DNA of 64,000 nt from an uncultured Desulfatitalea sp. (GTDB lineage: Bacteria; Desulfobacterota; Desulfobacteria; Desulfobacterales; Desulfosarcinaceae), in NCBI GenBank assembly GCA_963668675.2, contig CAXXMB010000002.1:96001-160000 (forward strand), read 5' to 3'. Shown piece after piece: positions 61,994 to 64,000 of the stretch. Under the pieces are notes generated by a model. That model was not told the origin of the DNA. It searched no databases and saw only the letters and a program-made list of their open reading frames with translations. Position numbers and translations under genes: made by a program. Every line of letters starts with the position of its first letter. Position 1 is the stretch's first letter.

Positions 61994-63445
61994 GTGAGCG
62001 ACATTGCATTTTGTTCAGCCGTAGATTTGGCCCGGATGATCCACGAAGGCAAAATTTCGAGCCGCGAACTCCTCGACCTTTATTTGGAGCGTATCGACAC
62101 TTACAACCCCCAGATCAACGCTGTCGTCACGATGGACGCGGAGGCAGCCCGAATTCAAGCCATAAAAGCCGACGAGATGGCAGCAAAAGGACAATTCATG
62201 GGACCGCTGCACGGCGTACCGGTTACGATCAAGGATGGATTCGAAACCGTCGGCATGCGCACCACATCAGGCGCACCGATCTTCGAGAACCATATCCCGG
62301 AAACCAATGCCGATGCTGTCCAGCGCTATGTGGATGCCGGAGCCGTGGTTATGGGCAAAACCAACGTTCCAAAATTCTGCGCCGACTCCCAGAGTTTCAA
62401 TGAAATCTTCGGCACGACCAACAACCCGTGGGATCTCAGCCGCACGCCTGGGGGCTCCTCGGGCGGTGCGGTGGCAGCGCTGGCTGCCGGTCTGTGCGGA
62501 CTTGAGATAGGCAGTGATATCGGCGGATCAATTCGAATTCCGGCCTCCTGGGCCGGTGTTTACGGCCACAAGCCGACCTACGGCGTCGTTTCTTTTCGCG
62601 GCCATGTCCCGCCCCCACCGGGCATTCTGTCCCTGGCGGACCTCTCCGTCGCCGGCCCGCTCGCACGCAGCGCTGCCGACCTGGAACTGGCCATGTCGCT
62701 GTTGGCCGGCCCTGGTAAATGGGATAGCACCGCCTACCGGCTGTCACTTCCCGAGCCGAGATCCAAATCGCTGAAGGAGTATCGCATCGCCGCGTGGTTG
62801 GATGACGAAACCATGCCGGTTGACGATTCGGTCAAGCACTGTCTTACCGAGATGGTGGCGGCACTGCGATCGGCCGGTGCTACGGTCGACGAAACGGCGC
62901 GGCCTGAAATCGATCCGGAAAAAGCCTTTCGCACTTACATGCGTCTGCTTACGCCTGTAATTGCCACTGGATTGCCGTCCGAACTCTTCAATATGCTCAA
63001 GCAGGTGGCCCAAAGCGAAGGAGAGGAGACGGAATTGGTCCGGTTCGCTCGCGACGCCACCCAGATGCACCGCGAGTGGCTTGCGGCAAACGCCAAACGC
63101 CATTTGCATCGTAAACGCTGGGCCGACTTTTTTAAAAATTACGACGTGCTGCTCTGCCCGACAGCCAGCCTGCCTGCCATCCCCCACGACCAGACCGGCG
63201 AACCCATCGAACGAACCGTTACCGTGAACGGCAAAAGCGAACCCTACGGTATTCTGCTCCGATGGGCCGGCATCATCACCTATGTCTACCTGCCGGCCAC
63301 CAGCGCACCCATCGGCCGGACGGAAGGCGGATTGCCGGTGGGAGTGCAAATCGTGGGACCATACCTGGAGGACTGCACCCCCATCCACTTCGCCCAAATG
63401 CTGTCCGAGATCGTCGGAGGATTTGCGGCGCCGGAGGGTTATTGA
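61994..63445 (+). CDS. Amidase-signature family hydrolase
   Basis: GVPVTIKD, PGGSSGG and GSDIGGSIRIP (Lys-cisSer-Ser triad); AAGGAG RBS before GTG. Confidence 0.94.
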   Translation: MSDIAFCSAVDLARMIHEGKISSRELLDLYLERIDTYNPQINAVVTMDAEAARIQAIKADEMAAKGQFMGPLHGVPVTIKDGFETVGMRTTSGAPIFENHIPETNADAVQRYVDAGAVVMGKTNVPKFCADSQSFNEIFGTTNNPWDLSRTPGGSSGGAVAALAAGLCGLEIGSDIGGSIRIPASWAGVYGHKPTYGVVSFRGHVPPPPGILSLADLSVAGPLARSAADLELAMSLLAGPGKWDSTAYRLSLPEPRSKSLKEYRIAAWLDDETMPVDDSVKHCLTEMVAALRSAGATVDETARPEIDPEKAFRTYMRLLTPVIATGLPSELFNMLKQVAQSEGEETELVRFARDATQMHREWLAANAKRHLHRKRWADFFKNYDVLLCPTASLPAIPHDQTGEPIERTVTVNGKSEPYGILLRWAGIITYVYLPATSAPIGRTEGGLPVGVQIVGPYLEDCTPIHFAQMLSEIVGGFAAPEGY

Positions 63446-63470
63446 TCTCAAAAACAGGACGAGTGACCAT

Positions 63471-63941
63471 ATGAACCCCAAGCTGTTTCGCTTCCTGCTC
63501 AACGTCTACCCGCCCTACCTGGGTACAGGCATCGTCATCAAACACGTGGCCGACGACTACACCCGCATGTCGGTGCAGATGAAGTCCCGTTTCTACAACC
63601 GCAACTACGTGGGAACCCACTTCGGCGGTTCGCTCTACGCCATGACCGACCCCTTCTACATGCTGATGCTGATTCAGGTCCTCGGACCCGACTACATCGT
63701 GTGGGACAAATCCGCATCGATCAAATTCGTCAAGCCTGGAAGGGGAACCGTGACCGCTGATTTTCATGTCAAGGAAGAGTTGATTAAGAAAATCAAAAAC
63801 AAAACAGCCGAAGGCCAGGTCTATCTCCCGGAGCTCATGGTTCCGATCCGCGACAAGGACAACGAGATCGTGGCCATGGTTGTCAAGACCCTCTATATTC
63901 GCAGAAAAAACAAATTGCAAAAAGAGCAGACAGATCACTAA
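63471..63941 (+). CDS. Hotdog-fold thioesterase-like protein (DUF4442/PaaI-like)
   Basis: NVYPPYLGTGI, NRNYVGTHFGGSLYAMTDPFYM and VWDKSASIKF motifs; start at ATG 63471. Confidence 0.85.
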   Translation: MNPKLFRFLLNVYPPYLGTGIVIKHVADDYTRMSVQMKSRFYNRNYVGTHFGGSLYAMTDPFYMLMLIQVLGPDYIVWDKSASIKFVKPGRGTVTADFHVKEELIKKIKNKTAEGQVYLPELMVPIRDKDNEIVAMVVKTLYIRRKNKLQKEQTDH

Positions 63942-64000
63942 AACCGACCGGTAGGATTTTAGTGTGATTCAATACTTCCGGACACTGAGTTAAGTGTATA

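Overview
A gene-dense 64 kb chromosomal segment, probably from an anaerobic Desulfobacterota-like (deltaproteobacterial) organism. That placement is inferred from gene content and repeat families, not established. I found no rRNA, tRNA, CRISPR array, transposase or prophage gene. Transport and resistance: two RND efflux systems, a SmtB/ZiaR-type repressor with its operator and a P1B heavy-metal ATPase, and a partial ars cluster. Housekeeping: HrpA, a type-2 (archaeal-like) ValRS, and sdhAB without an adjacent membrane anchor. Acyl-CoA metabolism: three AMP-forming ligases, a two-subunit CoA-transferase, an ADP-forming ligase, thioesterases, SDRs, a lipase, an amidase and a Liv-type ABC importer with a TetR regulator. 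Signalling: two hybrid histidine kinases, an FHA-EAL protein and an MCP. The ORF track misses several features. (1) An in-frame TGA at codon 42 of a CoA-disulfide reductase/NADH oxidase sits at the catalytic Cys position and is followed by a SECIS-like hairpin, so this is probably a selenoprotein. (2) A near-consensus sigma28 promoter drives a stand-alone TtrS/PhnD-like binding protein plus a chemoreceptor; this is the best candidate for an undescribed system. (3) An intact thioredoxin-fold ars gene has only ATA as a possible start, overlapping the upstream stop. (4) Two MITE-like elements have different termini but share a covarying palindromic core. (5) A 22-codon DapA-family remnant marks a rearrangement. 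Family assignments come from motif recognition, not database searches.
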